DNA from: Octopus sinensis
Taxonomy: Eukaryota
Assembly (NCBI RefSeq): GCF_006345805.1
Contig: NC_043000.1
Location: 153,636,001-153,700,000 of the forward strand
DNA: 64,000 nt
Direction of reading: 5' to 3'
Made by a program: the position numbers and the translations under genes. Shown one piece after another: positions 40,310 to 51,374 of this stretch. Numbering within the stretch: the first letter of the stretch is position 1; each line of letters begins with the position of its first letter. The notes beneath the pieces were generated by a model. It had not been told where the DNA came from and searched no databases. It worked only from the letters and a program-made list of their open reading frames with translations.

Positions 40310-41085
40310 GTACTTCTTTTTATCGATTCCAAAAGTGTGAAAGACAAAGTCTACCTCGGCAGAATTTAACACAGAATGTAAAGGACGAAATGCTGCGAGG
40401 CATTTTGGCCCGCGTGCCAAGGTTTCTGCCAGCTCGCCGCCTTGCCGTCCTAAAATATGAAACTGGTACTTTTTTTATCGATCCCGAAAGGGTGAAAGAC
40501 AAAGTCTACCTCGGCAGAATTTAACACAGAATGTAAAGGACGAAATGCTGCGAAGCATTTTGGCCCGCGTGCTAAGGTTTCTGCCAGCTCGCCGCCTTGC
40601 CATCCTAAAATATGAAACTGGTACTTTTTTTTATCGATCCCGAAAGTGTGAATGCAAAGTCTACCTCGGCAGAATTTGAACTCGGAACATAAAGGACGAA
40701 ATGCTGCGAAGCATTTTGGCCCGCGTGCTAAGGTTTCTGCCAGCTCGCCGCCTTGCCATCCTAAAATATGAAACTGGTACTTTTTTTATCGATCCCGAAA
40801 GGGTGAAAGACAAAGTCTACCTCGGCAGAATTTAACACAGAATGTAAAGGACGAAATGCTGCGAAGCATTTTGGCCCGCGTGCCAAGGTTTCTGCCAGCT
40901 CGCCGCCTTGCCGTCCTAAAATATGAAACTGGTACTTTTTTTTATCGATCCCGAAAGGGTGAAAGACAAAGTCTACCTCAGCAGAATTTTAACACAGAAC
41001 GTAAAGGACGAAATGCTGCGAAGCATTTTGGCCCGCGTGCCAAGGTTTCTGCCAAGCTCGCCGCCTTGCCGTCCTAAAATATGAA
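40310..41085 (-). repeat. Tandem array of five units of about 156 bp derived from the SINE-B head
   Basis: Units begin near 40321, 40477, 40633, 40788 and 40943; each is the reverse complement of GGCGGCGAGCTGGCAGAAACC...AAGTACCAG. Confidence 0.9.
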
Positions 41086-41352
41086 ATGAAATAATGCAAA
41101 ACTCTAACTCATTTATTTTTTACAGTGAATTTTTGATAATTCTGCGATAAGAAAAGCATTTCAAATTTGTTTTTCAATATTCGGAAAGAGAATAGTAAGC
41201 AAATTCAGATGACGAACCTTAGATATTTTCAGCTAAATATTTTAATTTTCACTTTTAGTGAATTCATTCTCCCTCTCATGTTATCGTCTAATGAAAATCT
41301 CGAAACTTCACTGAGCCGAGAAGAAATAAACTTCAATTTTATCTATCTTGCT

Positions 41353-41447
41353 TGGCACCTTGGGCAAGTGTCTTCTACTATAGCCTCGGGCCGACCAAAA
41401 CCTTGTGAGTGGATTTGGTAGACGGAAACTGAAAGAAGCCCGTCGAA

Positions 41448-41533
<86 letters not shown>

Positions 41534-41610
41534 CGTGTATGTTTGTGTCTGTGTTTGTCCCCCTAACATTGCTTGACAACCGATGGCGGTGTGTTTATGT
41601 CCCCATCACT
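41353..41610 (+). mobile_element. SINE-A internal fragment
   Basis: Core and microsatellite present; head and tail missing. Confidence 0.85.
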
Positions 41611-41764
41611 TATGTCCCCATCACTTTCGGGCTCGTATGTCTTCTCAAGTCAATTAAATTTGGCGATTTCACCTCACTTTTATTGGTCGGAAAGGAAGAA
41701 TGTATTGAATAAAAAATATTCTTCGTCAGTTACCATCGAAATTTCATCGTTTAAATTTATTTAC

Positions 41765-42175
41765 CATAAGGGGGATCAGCCATCTGAATGTGGCTAGGGT
41801 CAGGGCGGGGTGGTGGGGGTGTTACTGATGCATTTAGCCCCAGGCGAACATCAACGTCACCAGAAGAGCTGACACCATCTCGGTGTCCTTGCCAGCCTGC
41901 AAAGGGAGATCAGCCTCCCCGAAGATACGGATACTACATACGGACCGGTTTCGAGGTTATTGCCTCTTGTCAACGTATGGTAAGCACCGCTCTTCGTTGA
42001 GGGACTTCCTCTACAGGCTGGATATATAGATTTTCACAGTAACCACAGTCACTGGCGTAGAAAATCCGTTCGAAAACAATAATAAATCTCTGAGCGAGAT
42101 ATAAACAGTAACTGCTCTATAACATAAGGGGGATCAGCCATCTGAATGTGGCTAGGTCAGGGCGGGGTGGTGGGG
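41765..42175 (-). mobile_element. Retrozyme-like element: 358-bp unit plus about 54-bp terminal direct repeat, containing a complete hammerhead core
   Basis: Direct repeat at 41765-41819 and 42123-42175 (one G differs); ATTTACC at 41759-41765 and 42177-42183 is a probable TSD. Confidence 0.75.
41937..41979 (-). ncRNA. Minimal type I hammerhead ribozyme, U3-A8 variant, GUC site
   Basis: CAUACG UUGACAA GAGG CAAUAA CCUC GAA ACCGGU C CGUAUG: 6-bp stem I, 4-bp stem II closed by G10.1-C11.1, palindromic stem III; predicted cleavage between 41943 and 41942. Confidence 0.88.
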
Positions 42176-42504
42176 CATTTACCGTTCTCTTGAAAACTTT
42201 TAGGATATATTTCATGTCGAACTATCACAATATTTTGTAAAGTGCTTCAGCATGGCCACAGCTCTGAACTGAAACCAGAAAAAAATGTCCTTTTGTTCTA
42301 TTATTTTAACATTTAAAAAGTATTTCAATAATGTCCATTAATATATCCTAAGTATTTCTTATTAAATATTATCGCTTAGCCATGCGAAGGCAATTTTATT
42401 GAGATTAAAAGAAAAAAAGATAACAACGAATACTTTTACTACAACCAATTACTTTTTGGCCAACAGATTTAAAAAATAATTTTTTGTATCTAAAATCTTT
42501 CAAA

Positions 42505-43018
42505 CTTCGGACACTGGTAGAATGTGTCACATAAAACATCTTTTACTCTTAGCGTTTCTGAGAAAAAGTTATATTTACGAAGTTATTTCACGTTAAAGTT
42601 GTCCTATTTCGGTAATTTCAACCAATCAATGACGTGTATTCAGCTGAATAAAATTACTTCTGTTGTTTGTCAACAAAAACTTCCGGCGGTGTATATTTCG
42701 TTTGTCACTGTTATTTATGACAACCTTAACCCTAAAACATTACCCCTAACCATAAAACATTACCCTAACCATAAAACATTACCCCTAACCCTAAAACCTT
42801 ACCCTAACCCTAACCATAACCCAAAAACCCTAACCATAAAACTCTAACCCTGAAACCCTTACCCTAAAACCCTAACCCTAAAACCCTAACCCTACCCCTA
42901 AAACTCTAACCCTAAAGCCCCAACCCTAAAACCTTAAAACCAGTACAAACGCACGAACGATGTCATAAATAACGGTGACAAACGAAATATACAGCGCCGA
43001 TAGTTGTTGACAAACAAG
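42505..43018. mobile_element. Foldback element with about 58-bp inverted arms enclosing degenerate (CCCTAA)n repeats
   Basis: Arms at 42663-42722 and 42961-43017; TAACCC variants at 42723-42940. Confidence 0.75.
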
Positions 43019-43019
43019 A

Positions 43020-43345
43020 GCACCAATTCACATAGCTAAAGTTGTTACTGAATGGCACGAGGAACATTCTAGGGAAATTGAACATCTTATTTGGCCACCA
43101 TATTCCCCAGATCTCAATATTATTGAACATTTATGTTGCATTTTAGAAAAACAAGTAAGGAGCCAATATCCTCCACCATCATCACTACAAGAACTGGAGA
43201 CTGTTTTAGCTGAAGAATGGACAAAAATTTCTTTATAAAAAATTCAAACTTTGTACGAGTCCATACCTCGTAGCATTCAAGCTGTAATTACTGCCAAATT
43301 GTTTGAAATTTTAAGGTGTTTCTATTATTTTGTCCAACCCCTGTA
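43020..43345 (+). mobile_element. Tc1-family transposon 3' remnant
   Basis: APIHIAKVVTEWHEEH..LIWPPYSPDLNIIEHL..LE..V..LQELE..L.EEW..I...IQTLYESIPR.IQAVI.AK; TIR-like end GTGTTTCTATTATTTTGTCCAACCCCTG followed by TA. Confidence 0.88.
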
Positions 43346-43697
43346 TATTTATTTCCCAGTCTCCGGTGAGATCTAAGAGAACAAGCCTATTATCAATTAC
43401 ATTAAACTCTTGACTATCTCATATTTTTTCAGATATCTGATACGACTGTATACCTTTTCCCAAGATGATGCAAATGCAGGCAGCTAAAAACGAACAGAGT
43501 TTCTTTATCAATTTTATATATATTATTTTTGATGTTTCAAATTTATTGGTGTTGCATGAATCATCGCGGGCGCGCAGGATATAATGTACACGTTGATCAA
43601 CTAAAACATTCGTTTGAAACGGTTGTAACGAATTGACACCTAGTCATCGTGTGTTCTCTCTCTCTCTCTCTCTCTCGATATATATATATATATATAT

Positions 43698-43927
43698 TTT
43701 GTTTTTTTGTTTTTGTTTTTCCAGTTTCAGCTCTTGAGCTGTGGCCATGCTGGGGCACCGCCATTGTGGTGAAAGAGTACAGCAGGGATCACCACCCCCT
43801 GCCAGAGCCTCGTAGAGCTTTTAGGTGTTTTCGCTCAATAAACACACACAACGCCCAGTCTGAGAATCGAAACCTCGATCCTGCGACCGCGAGTCCGCTG
43901 CCCTAACCACTAGGCCATTGCGCCTCT
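43698..43927 (-). mobile_element. SINE-E head joined to a CR1-type tail
   Basis: Head homologous to 57625-57787; tail GGCGGTGCCCCAGCATGGCCACAGCTCAAGAGCTGAAAC then an A-rich run. Confidence 0.8.
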
Positions 43928-44166
43928 AAAAATATAATATAATATAATATATTATTGTCGAGTTAGAAAACAGAGAGATCTAATGGATACAAATCAATTT
44001 CATTGATCAATAAAAATTCTAACTCGATAATAATATTTGATATTTTAAGATATATTATACAATATATTCTTTGAAGAAATATGTCTTCAAAACATAATAT
44101 ATTAAACGAGTGAATCTTGGATAAAATATCCCTATAAGAGGTTTAAATATCCTCATTGCGACTGTA

Positions 44167-44198
<32 letters not shown>

Positions 44199-44279
44199 TG
44201 TGTGTGTGTATGTGTGTGTGTGTGCGTGCGTGTGTTAAATAAAATGAGACAACAAAGGGCATTCATAAAGAGAAGTTAG

Positions 44280-44325
44280 TCTCACAGCTTTTTCTGGGAT
44301 ATTAGGGATATCCCTTCATCAGAGA
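44280..44325 (-). ncRNA. Decayed hammerhead motif
   Basis: UCU CUGAUGA A GGGAUA-loop-UAUCCC A GAA AAAGCUGU G AGA; G at the cleavage position predicts this copy is inactive. Confidence 0.5.
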
Positions 44326-44810
44326 TGATATGAGATGTTTAAATAGAGGGGAAATAGTAGAATTCAGTATAAGGAGTTATTTTCGAAAAGGATGTAAAAA
44401 TAAAAATATACGTAGGATATTATAGTTGCCGTTCCATTATCCAAGGAATGTGGACTGTAGAAGAGGTAGAAATGCTTCTTGTCAATGGTATGTCAATTCC
44501 GATAGGAGTTCATATTTTGTCATTACAAAGGGAAATTGTGGAGACGTAGATTCAATGTGTTGTTCATACAAAGGAGTCTTGCGGTGTGAATGAAATTCTG
44601 AGAATGCAGTGGTAGTGTTAAGTCGATAGAGAGAAGAGAAAAGATGTGTATGTGAAAACGAAGAGAATGGTCAAAAAGAATAGGCGAGGAAAGAAAAAAG
44701 AAAGAAAGAAAGAAAGAAAGAGGAAGAGAAAATGATAAAAGGAGTGTTAGTTGGTGGTCAAGATATGAGGATGTTGTGAAAGGAGAAGGGGATAGGAAGA
44801 GAATGTAAAT

Positions 44811-45011
44811 CAGTGCTTTTCAAACTTTTTGCTGGAGCGGAACCCCAAGAAAACATTTCACTGGCTCGAGGAACCCCTGTGCAATAATTTAATTGTCCTA
44901 TGCACACATATCTGCACAGGAGAATTTAAAATTACTGTCGATTTTAGCATTTTTGTAACTTCTTGCGGAACCCCTGGACTGTACTGGCGGAACCCTGGTT
45001 GAAAACCACTG
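44811..45011. mobile_element. hAT (Charlie-like) MITE
   Basis: TIRs CAGTGCTTTTCAA / TTGAAAACCACTG; 8-bp flanks ATGTAAAT / ATGTAAAG. Confidence 0.85.
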
Positions 45012-45633
45012 ATGTAAAGAATGAATATGTGTGAGGGGTGAGGGTGAGGTGATATGTTTGAAAGGCACTAAAGGTAGAAGGATGGGTACAGAAAATGGTA
45101 CAGTGGCGGTTACTAAAGTGAGTTGTAAAACCTCAGAAAGGAAGGGGAGAATAATAAGATACGATGGTCAAGTTTTTTCTCCTATACATGTCTCTATTGC
45201 AAATAATACGTTTGTCATTTAACCAGTAGCCGATGTGTTAATTTTCTAACGCGGTGGAGTGTATCACTTCGAGCCTATGTTTCTTAATGAGAATGTACGC
45301 AATGGCACGAGTAATTAAAATCTAACGGCCAAGGTTTAAACATAAATGATACAATACGTTAAAGCACAGAAAAAGAGAAAAAGTTAGGAGATAGAGTGAG
45401 AAAGAAAACAGAAAGAAAGAAAGAAAGGAAAGAAAAGAGAACGAAAGGGAAAGAAAGTCTATTGGAGAGCAGACATCTGTGTTATACTCAGTACATAGTT
45501 GGTCACAATGTGATACACAAATGGCCTGAACTCTTTACATGAACACCATCCTGTACATAACTCCATGCCCCCCTACATGGCCTTGCTTTTTGCTTTTTGA
45601 GCCAAAAAATTAACTTAACTAACTTAACTTAAT

Positions 45634-46048
45634 AGGTGCAGGAGTGGCTGTGTGGTAAGTAGCTTGTTTACCAACCACATGGTTCCGGGTTCAGTCCCAC
45701 TGCGTGGCACCTTGGGCAAGTGTCTTCTACTATAGCCTCGGGCCGACCAATGCCTTGTGAGTGGATTTGGTAGACGGAAACTGAAAGAAGCCCGTCGTAT
45801 ATATGTATATATATATATATATATGCATGTGTGTTTGTGTGTCTGTGTTTGTCCCCCTAGCATTGCTTGACAACCGATGCTGGTGTGTTTATGTCCCCGT
45901 TACTTAGCGGTTCGGCAAAAGAGGCCGATAGAATAAGTACTGGGCTTACAAAAGAATAAGTCTCGGGGTCGAGTTGTTCGATTAAAGGCGGTGCTCCAGC
46001 ATGGCCGCAGTCAAATGACTGAAACAAGTAAAAGAGTAAAAAGAGAGT
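45634..46048 (+). mobile_element. SINE-A, full length, flanked by TAACTTAACTTAA duplication
   Basis: Consensus match; AACTT repeats on both flanks. Confidence 0.92.
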
Positions 46049-46304
46049 AACTTAACTTAACATACATCTTTCCGGTTCCTTCGGAGGAGCCGCTCCTTTC
46101 CTTTCCCAAGTTAGTGTTTAGCATGTCTTATATGCATTTGGTTTCATTTTCTGCTAGTCTACCATAAATGTAGCAAAAGAAGATATTGGTGGCTTAACCG
46201 AAATTAAGCGTACACCAGATTGAAAGAATATTTTCAGAGAAAGCCATCAACGAACACAGCTTGTAACGTCACGTGTACATATATATACAAAATAGTTATT
46301 ACAT

Positions 46305-46470
46305 AGGCGCAGGAGTGGCTGTGTGGTAAGTAGCTTGCTTACCAACCACATGGTTGCGGGTTCAGTCCCACTGCGTGGCATCTTGGGCAAGTGTCTTCTG
46401 CTATAGGCCCGGGCCGACCAATGCCTTGTGAGTGGATCTGGTAGACGGAAACTGAAAGAAGCCTGTCGTA

Positions 46471-46513
<43 letters not shown>

Positions 46514-46724
46514 TTGTGTGTCTGTGTTTGTCCCCCTAGCATTGCTTGACAACCGATGCTGGCGTGTCTACGTCCCCGTCACCTAGCGGTTCGGCAAAAG
46601 AGACCGATATAATAAGTACTGGGCTTACAAAGAATAAGTTCCGGGGTCGATTTGATCGACTAAAGGCGGTGCTCCAGCATGGCCGCAGTCAAATGACTGA
46701 AACAAGTAAAAGAGTAAAAGAGTA
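46305..46724 (+). mobile_element. SINE-A, full length
   Basis: Consensus match. Confidence 0.92.
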
Positions 46725-46729
46725 ATAGT

Positions 46730-48052
46730 ATGGAAAAATGCGAGCAAGAGAAATAATATTCTTAAGATTATAAACCTGGAAAATTACAGGACAAATTATT
46801 ACACTTGGAGAAGGTCAGGACAACTTTTTACATCTGGGGAAGTACAGAACAAGAACATATTTACTTAAAATATTGCATCTAAGGATAAAATTTCAAATAA
46901 AATATTTAGATTTAGAAAATATTAGCTTTTATAAAAACTAAAAAATTTACTACATGCTATTACTTCTGTTTGTTCTTACTCGTTATTTTTATTAAAAGTT
47001 AGAAATAACACAAAATATATTTTGCACTTTAAAAACATTCGTGTTTTTAATTATTGATTAATAATTAGAAATTTGAAAATAGGTTATAAAAATAATAGTA
47101 GTACATAATTAGTACAATAAATAGAATAATACAAAAATTAGTTATATATTACAGTGAAATCTACATATAACAACAAATTCACAAGTTATTTCCAAGTCTT
47201 CACCAGCCTTCAAGGCGGCGAGCTGGCAGAAACGTTAGCATGACAGGCGAAATGCGTAGCCGTATTTTGTCTGCCGTTACGTTCTGAGTTCAAATTCCGC
47301 CGAGGTCGACTTTGCCTTTCATCCCTTCGGGGTCGATTAAATAAGTACCAGTTACGCACTGGGGTCGATGTAATCGACTTAATCCGTTTGTCTGTCCTCG
47401 TTTGTCCCCTCTATGTTTAGCCCCTTGTGGGCAATAAAGAAATAAACGTTAGCATGACGGGCGAAATGCGTAGCCGTATTTCGCCTGCTGTTACGTTCTG
47501 AGTTCAAATTCCCCCGCGGTCGACTTTGCCTTTCATCCCTTCGGGGTCGATTAAATAAGTACCAGTTACGCACTGGGGTCGATGTAATCGACTTAATCCG
47601 TTTGTCTGTCCTCGTTTGTCCCCTCTGTGTTTATCCCCTTGTGGGTAGTAAAGAAATAGGTATTTCGTCTGTCTTTACATACTTTTACATTCGGGGTTGA
47701 TAAATTAAGTACCTGTTGCGCACCTACCATATATACTATTCTACTCTGCATAAAACTTTAGCTTTATTGGTACTTATGGCTCTCATTTTTTAAGTATTCT
47801 AGTGTGTCAATATTTTAACAAAATGATGGTACCTTTTTTAAGTATAATGTTACTTTGTAAATTAAAGTCAAATAATTTTTAATATTCAAATTTTATCCTT
47901 AGCTGCAATATTTTAAGTAAAAAAAATTCTTGTTCTGTACTTTACCAGATGTAATAAGTTGTCCTGAACTTTTCCAAGTGTAATGACTTGTCCTGTAATT
48001 TTCTAGGTTTATAATCTTAAGAATATTACCTCTTTTGCTCGCATTTTCCCAT
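46730..48052. mobile_element. AT-rich element with about 180-bp inverted arms, carrying a SINE-B tandem insertion
   Basis: 46730-46915 is the reverse complement of about 47875-48052. Confidence 0.7.
47212..47723 (+). mobile_element. SINE-B head-to-tail tandem (about 2.3 units)
   Basis: Unit 1 at 47212-47444; unit 2 lacks the first 18 nt or so; a third unit is partial. Confidence 0.88.
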
Positions 48053-48419
48053 TCAATCCATGCTTTTTCCAGGTTCTGCTATTACGCTAATTAATAATGT
48101 GTCAAATGTGTCAATTAGCGGTGTCGTTGATAATTTTTTTCTTACCTCAATGACGCTGGTAACATATATTAAAAGTCTCCTTATAGAACTATATTCATAA
48201 AAAAAGTAAAGAACTATACTATAACACCCAAAAAATTTGAGAAATAAACACTCATAACATTTTTCTTTTAAAACTTTATTGCATGAGATTGATACCATGA
48301 AATTCCTCGAATTGAGCTCTATCACTTAAGCTTAATTAAAATAAAAAAGTTAATTATACTTAGATCCAACTTTTTGCCTTATTTATAATTCTTCTCATAA
48401 TATTTTACCTCACAACATT

Positions 48420-49870
48420 TTTTATACAAATCCTTGTTGCATGGGAACAAAACTATGAAAATTTTCATGATTTCTTTTATCATTGAAGCTAAGATAAATA
48501 TATTTTGCTTTTAGAATAAAAAAAAGTTATTTAGATCTAAACTTGATTACTTATTCTCCTGAAACGTTGCTACAAATTTTGATGTAAACATTTTTCTACT
48601 GGATCAAATCTCAATTTGTTTTATGTCAAAATGTAGCTTGAAGCCAGCCTGCTTCAAAACTGTTAGTAGTTTTCAATTTGGTTAAGAAGTGAATTAACTA
48701 CATACTCTGAAAGATGATGCGTGTGAGTAAATTGTGGCTTTAAGAATATTGTAGTAGTAGTTGAATGATAATTCCTTCCTGCATCAAGAAAACTTAAAAA
48801 GAAACGAAAATAAAGCTTTCAAATATATGTGAAAACCTGGAAATTTAGCCGTAGTATCAAGAACAAACTGTCGATGTATCCAACAATAAGATAGATTGAC
48901 CAGTTGTGTCCATTATTCACATATATAGGACATACCAAATACTTTTTTTAACCTGAACTGCAGATCCGTACTAAAGATACAAATAATCATAATGTAAGTT
49001 TTACTGCACTCTTTCATCCTTTTAAAGATTGTCTTGTAATAATATGGGCTTTTATTGATATTAGCGATGTATTAAACCTAAATTTTGTGCAACCTTACCT
49101 TCCATTTTCTCAAGTGATAAATAAATGCTACGCTATGAAATAGAAGTTAATCCTTTCCTCTCTTGCTAGCTTATCTTCGAAATGATAGACACTTATTATG
49201 TCTCACAGACAGTACGACATCCTATCATACAGAGATTATCAGATTCAGTATATTTCAAAATTCATAATCACAATCAAATCCATACAGCATACATGAAAAA
49301 CGAATTTACTTCGAGATCACTAAGGTCAATCATTGTAACCTCCTGTTAGAATCATTCAATGTTACGTAAAATTCAAACGATTTCAACTTCAATATTTTCC
49401 CTTAAAATAAATATTTCAAGGTAACCAACAAAGGAAAATTGTAGACTTCGGGTTATAACTTGTACAAATTATCCTCTATGCTTGTACAAAGCTCATTTCA
49501 GTTCAATTAAACAACAGCCCAAGAGAAATAAAAGTTCGAATGAATAATATAACTTCACACTCTAAACCAAAAGATTTAATTTAAAAAAGCAATAAAACAC
49601 CATAAATTTTCTACCAATCACTCCACTGGAAAACGAAGACACTAGAAAATTAAATACCCCAAAGGATATATTAAGCAGGAGGAAAACTAAAAAAAAGCTA
49701 CATGCAAGAGAGAGAATATATAAAGGAGAGTAAGTAATGTCATCAATCAAGTTTAGATCAAAATAACTTTTCTTATTCTAAAAGCAAAATATATTTATCT
49801 TAGCTTCAATGATAAAAGAAATCATGAAAATTTTCAATTTTGTTCCCATGCAACAAAGATTTCTGTAAAA
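48420..49870. mobile_element. AT-rich element with about 125-bp inverted arms
   Basis: 48420-48548 is the reverse complement of about 49745-49870. Confidence 0.7.
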
Positions 49871-50444
49871 AAGTTGCCAAGGCACATAAGAGCACACTTA
49901 ACCCTGTCAGTGTCAAACAGTGCAATTCAAAAAAGCAGAGGAAAATTACACAAGAAACAAAAATAGTTGGTTTTCAGTGATTCTTATATAATCAATCCGG
50001 AGCCCATAGCCAAAATATGCTGCACAGATATTGCTCATAAAGAAGAGTAAATCGCAAAAGTCGCTATTTGTAAACTAAAAAGAAAGAGAAAAATAACATA
50101 GACCAACAACTTCCGTCATGATTGTTAAAGAATATTCTTTTCAGTTACTAATAAACTTACTTTTCATTTATGAATACTTTTTAATACAACACGTAACGTT
50201 GCCTTGCTAATTAGCAGACACTCCATGAGTTCCTAACTCGATAAGCTTAATATTTAATTAGAGCCACTTCTAGATGTCTGTAAGCCAGGTTTTTACTTAC
50301 ATTACACAATATGGAATTTTGTTAAGCAGAACGTAACCAGTGATTACCAATCTGCCTCACACAGATCTTTCATCACGAAAAGTAGAGGATATAGTAGAAA
50401 ACATTAAATATGTTTCAGTTCTATATTTAAAAGATGAGGATTTA

Positions 50445-50751
50445 TGTACTTTATTTACATTTGACGGATATTTGTCCTCATCTTGTTTGTTGTTAACGTT
50501 TCGTCATATGGCGTAGTGGTTAAGAGCGCGGGCTACTAACCCCCAAGATTCCGAGTTCAGTTCCAGGCAGTGACCTGAATAATAATAATAATAAGAAGAA
50601 GAAGAAGAACATCGAAAAATGCCTTAGAAATGAGAACTCAGGTTCGAAATTTCCCAAAGACACATGATGAAAGCTGGAGGGTATATCAGCCAAAACGTGA
50701 TAACAACCAACAAGATGAGGACAAATATCTGTCAAATATAAATAATGTACA
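50445..50751 (+). mobile_element. tRNA-headed SINE with a decayed hammerhead-type tail and an inverted tail copy at its 5' end
   Basis: Perfect A-box TGGCGTAGTGG at 50509, B-box-like GAGTTCAGTTCC, (AAT)n(AAG)n, ATGATGAAAGCTG..CAGCCAAAACGT; 50445-50503 is an inverted copy of 50691-50751. Confidence 0.75.
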
Positions 50752-51109
50752 GATTAAATGTTGTTACATTTGGATACTAGCTTGTAGACCACGCGGTTTT
50801 ACTCAGGATATAACCAGGCAAAAGTACTCAAATTCAATTGATTAAGTTCCATAAATTACAAGTAAATATGATATAGCTTTTTGTTATCAGAGAATATGTT
50901 AAAGTTTAGAAGAAATCACGGGCGTTTTCTTTTTCTTCCAAACACGTAACCATATTTGAAGAATGATGTAAATTAATAATGTAAATTGACAGAGCTGTTG
51001 ATTAACCTCTAATGTTATTATCAGAAATACTAAATTTCTAAATCTCTCGTAGAGACATGTACGGTGGTGGGGCGATAGAATGGTTGTATACTGTCAATCT
51101 AACACGAAC

Positions 51110-51300
51110 GTGACAGTAGGGGGTACACCACCGCTGTTTAGCCCTAGGAAGCATCGACACCTCCTGATGGCTTTGACACATTTTTCCTGTGTCCTTATAT
51201 ACATTTACGAAGGGGAGACAAATACCCCCCGGGCTGCATCTAGGGACTCGTGTTTCAGGATGATTGTCCTTCGTCGTCCTAGATCATCAAATAAACCGAA
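51110..51300 (-). mobile_element. Diverged relative of the 41765 retrozyme-like element
   Basis: Shared TTTAGCCC.AGG..CATC.AC...GACAC...GTGTCCTT...AAGGG.AGA..CCCCC order next to an HHR fold. Confidence 0.6.
51238..51284 (-). ncRNA. Minimal type I hammerhead motif with altered core (A3, C4)
   Basis: AUCUAGG ACGACGA AGGA CAAUCA UCCU GAA ACACGAGU C CCUAGAU. Confidence 0.7.
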
Positions 51301-51374
51301 CGAAACAGTAATACAGTAAATGGAAATTCGAACAATACCAATTAAGAAAGCAATTTAAAACAATTCTATACTAT

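Noticed and set aside
40310-41085. CRISPR interpretation of the tandem array
   Set aside because: The units are contiguous 156-bp SINE-derived repeats with no unique spacers, no cas genes and a eukaryotic context.
42723-42940. True telomere or chromosome fusion site
   Set aside because: The repeats are short, degenerate, in one orientation and enclosed in an element's inverted arms.
50503-50577. Functional tRNA gene (also considered for the other SINE heads)
   Set aside because: The acceptor and anticodon stems are imperfect and the head is fused to a SINE body; tRNAscan-SE would settle it.
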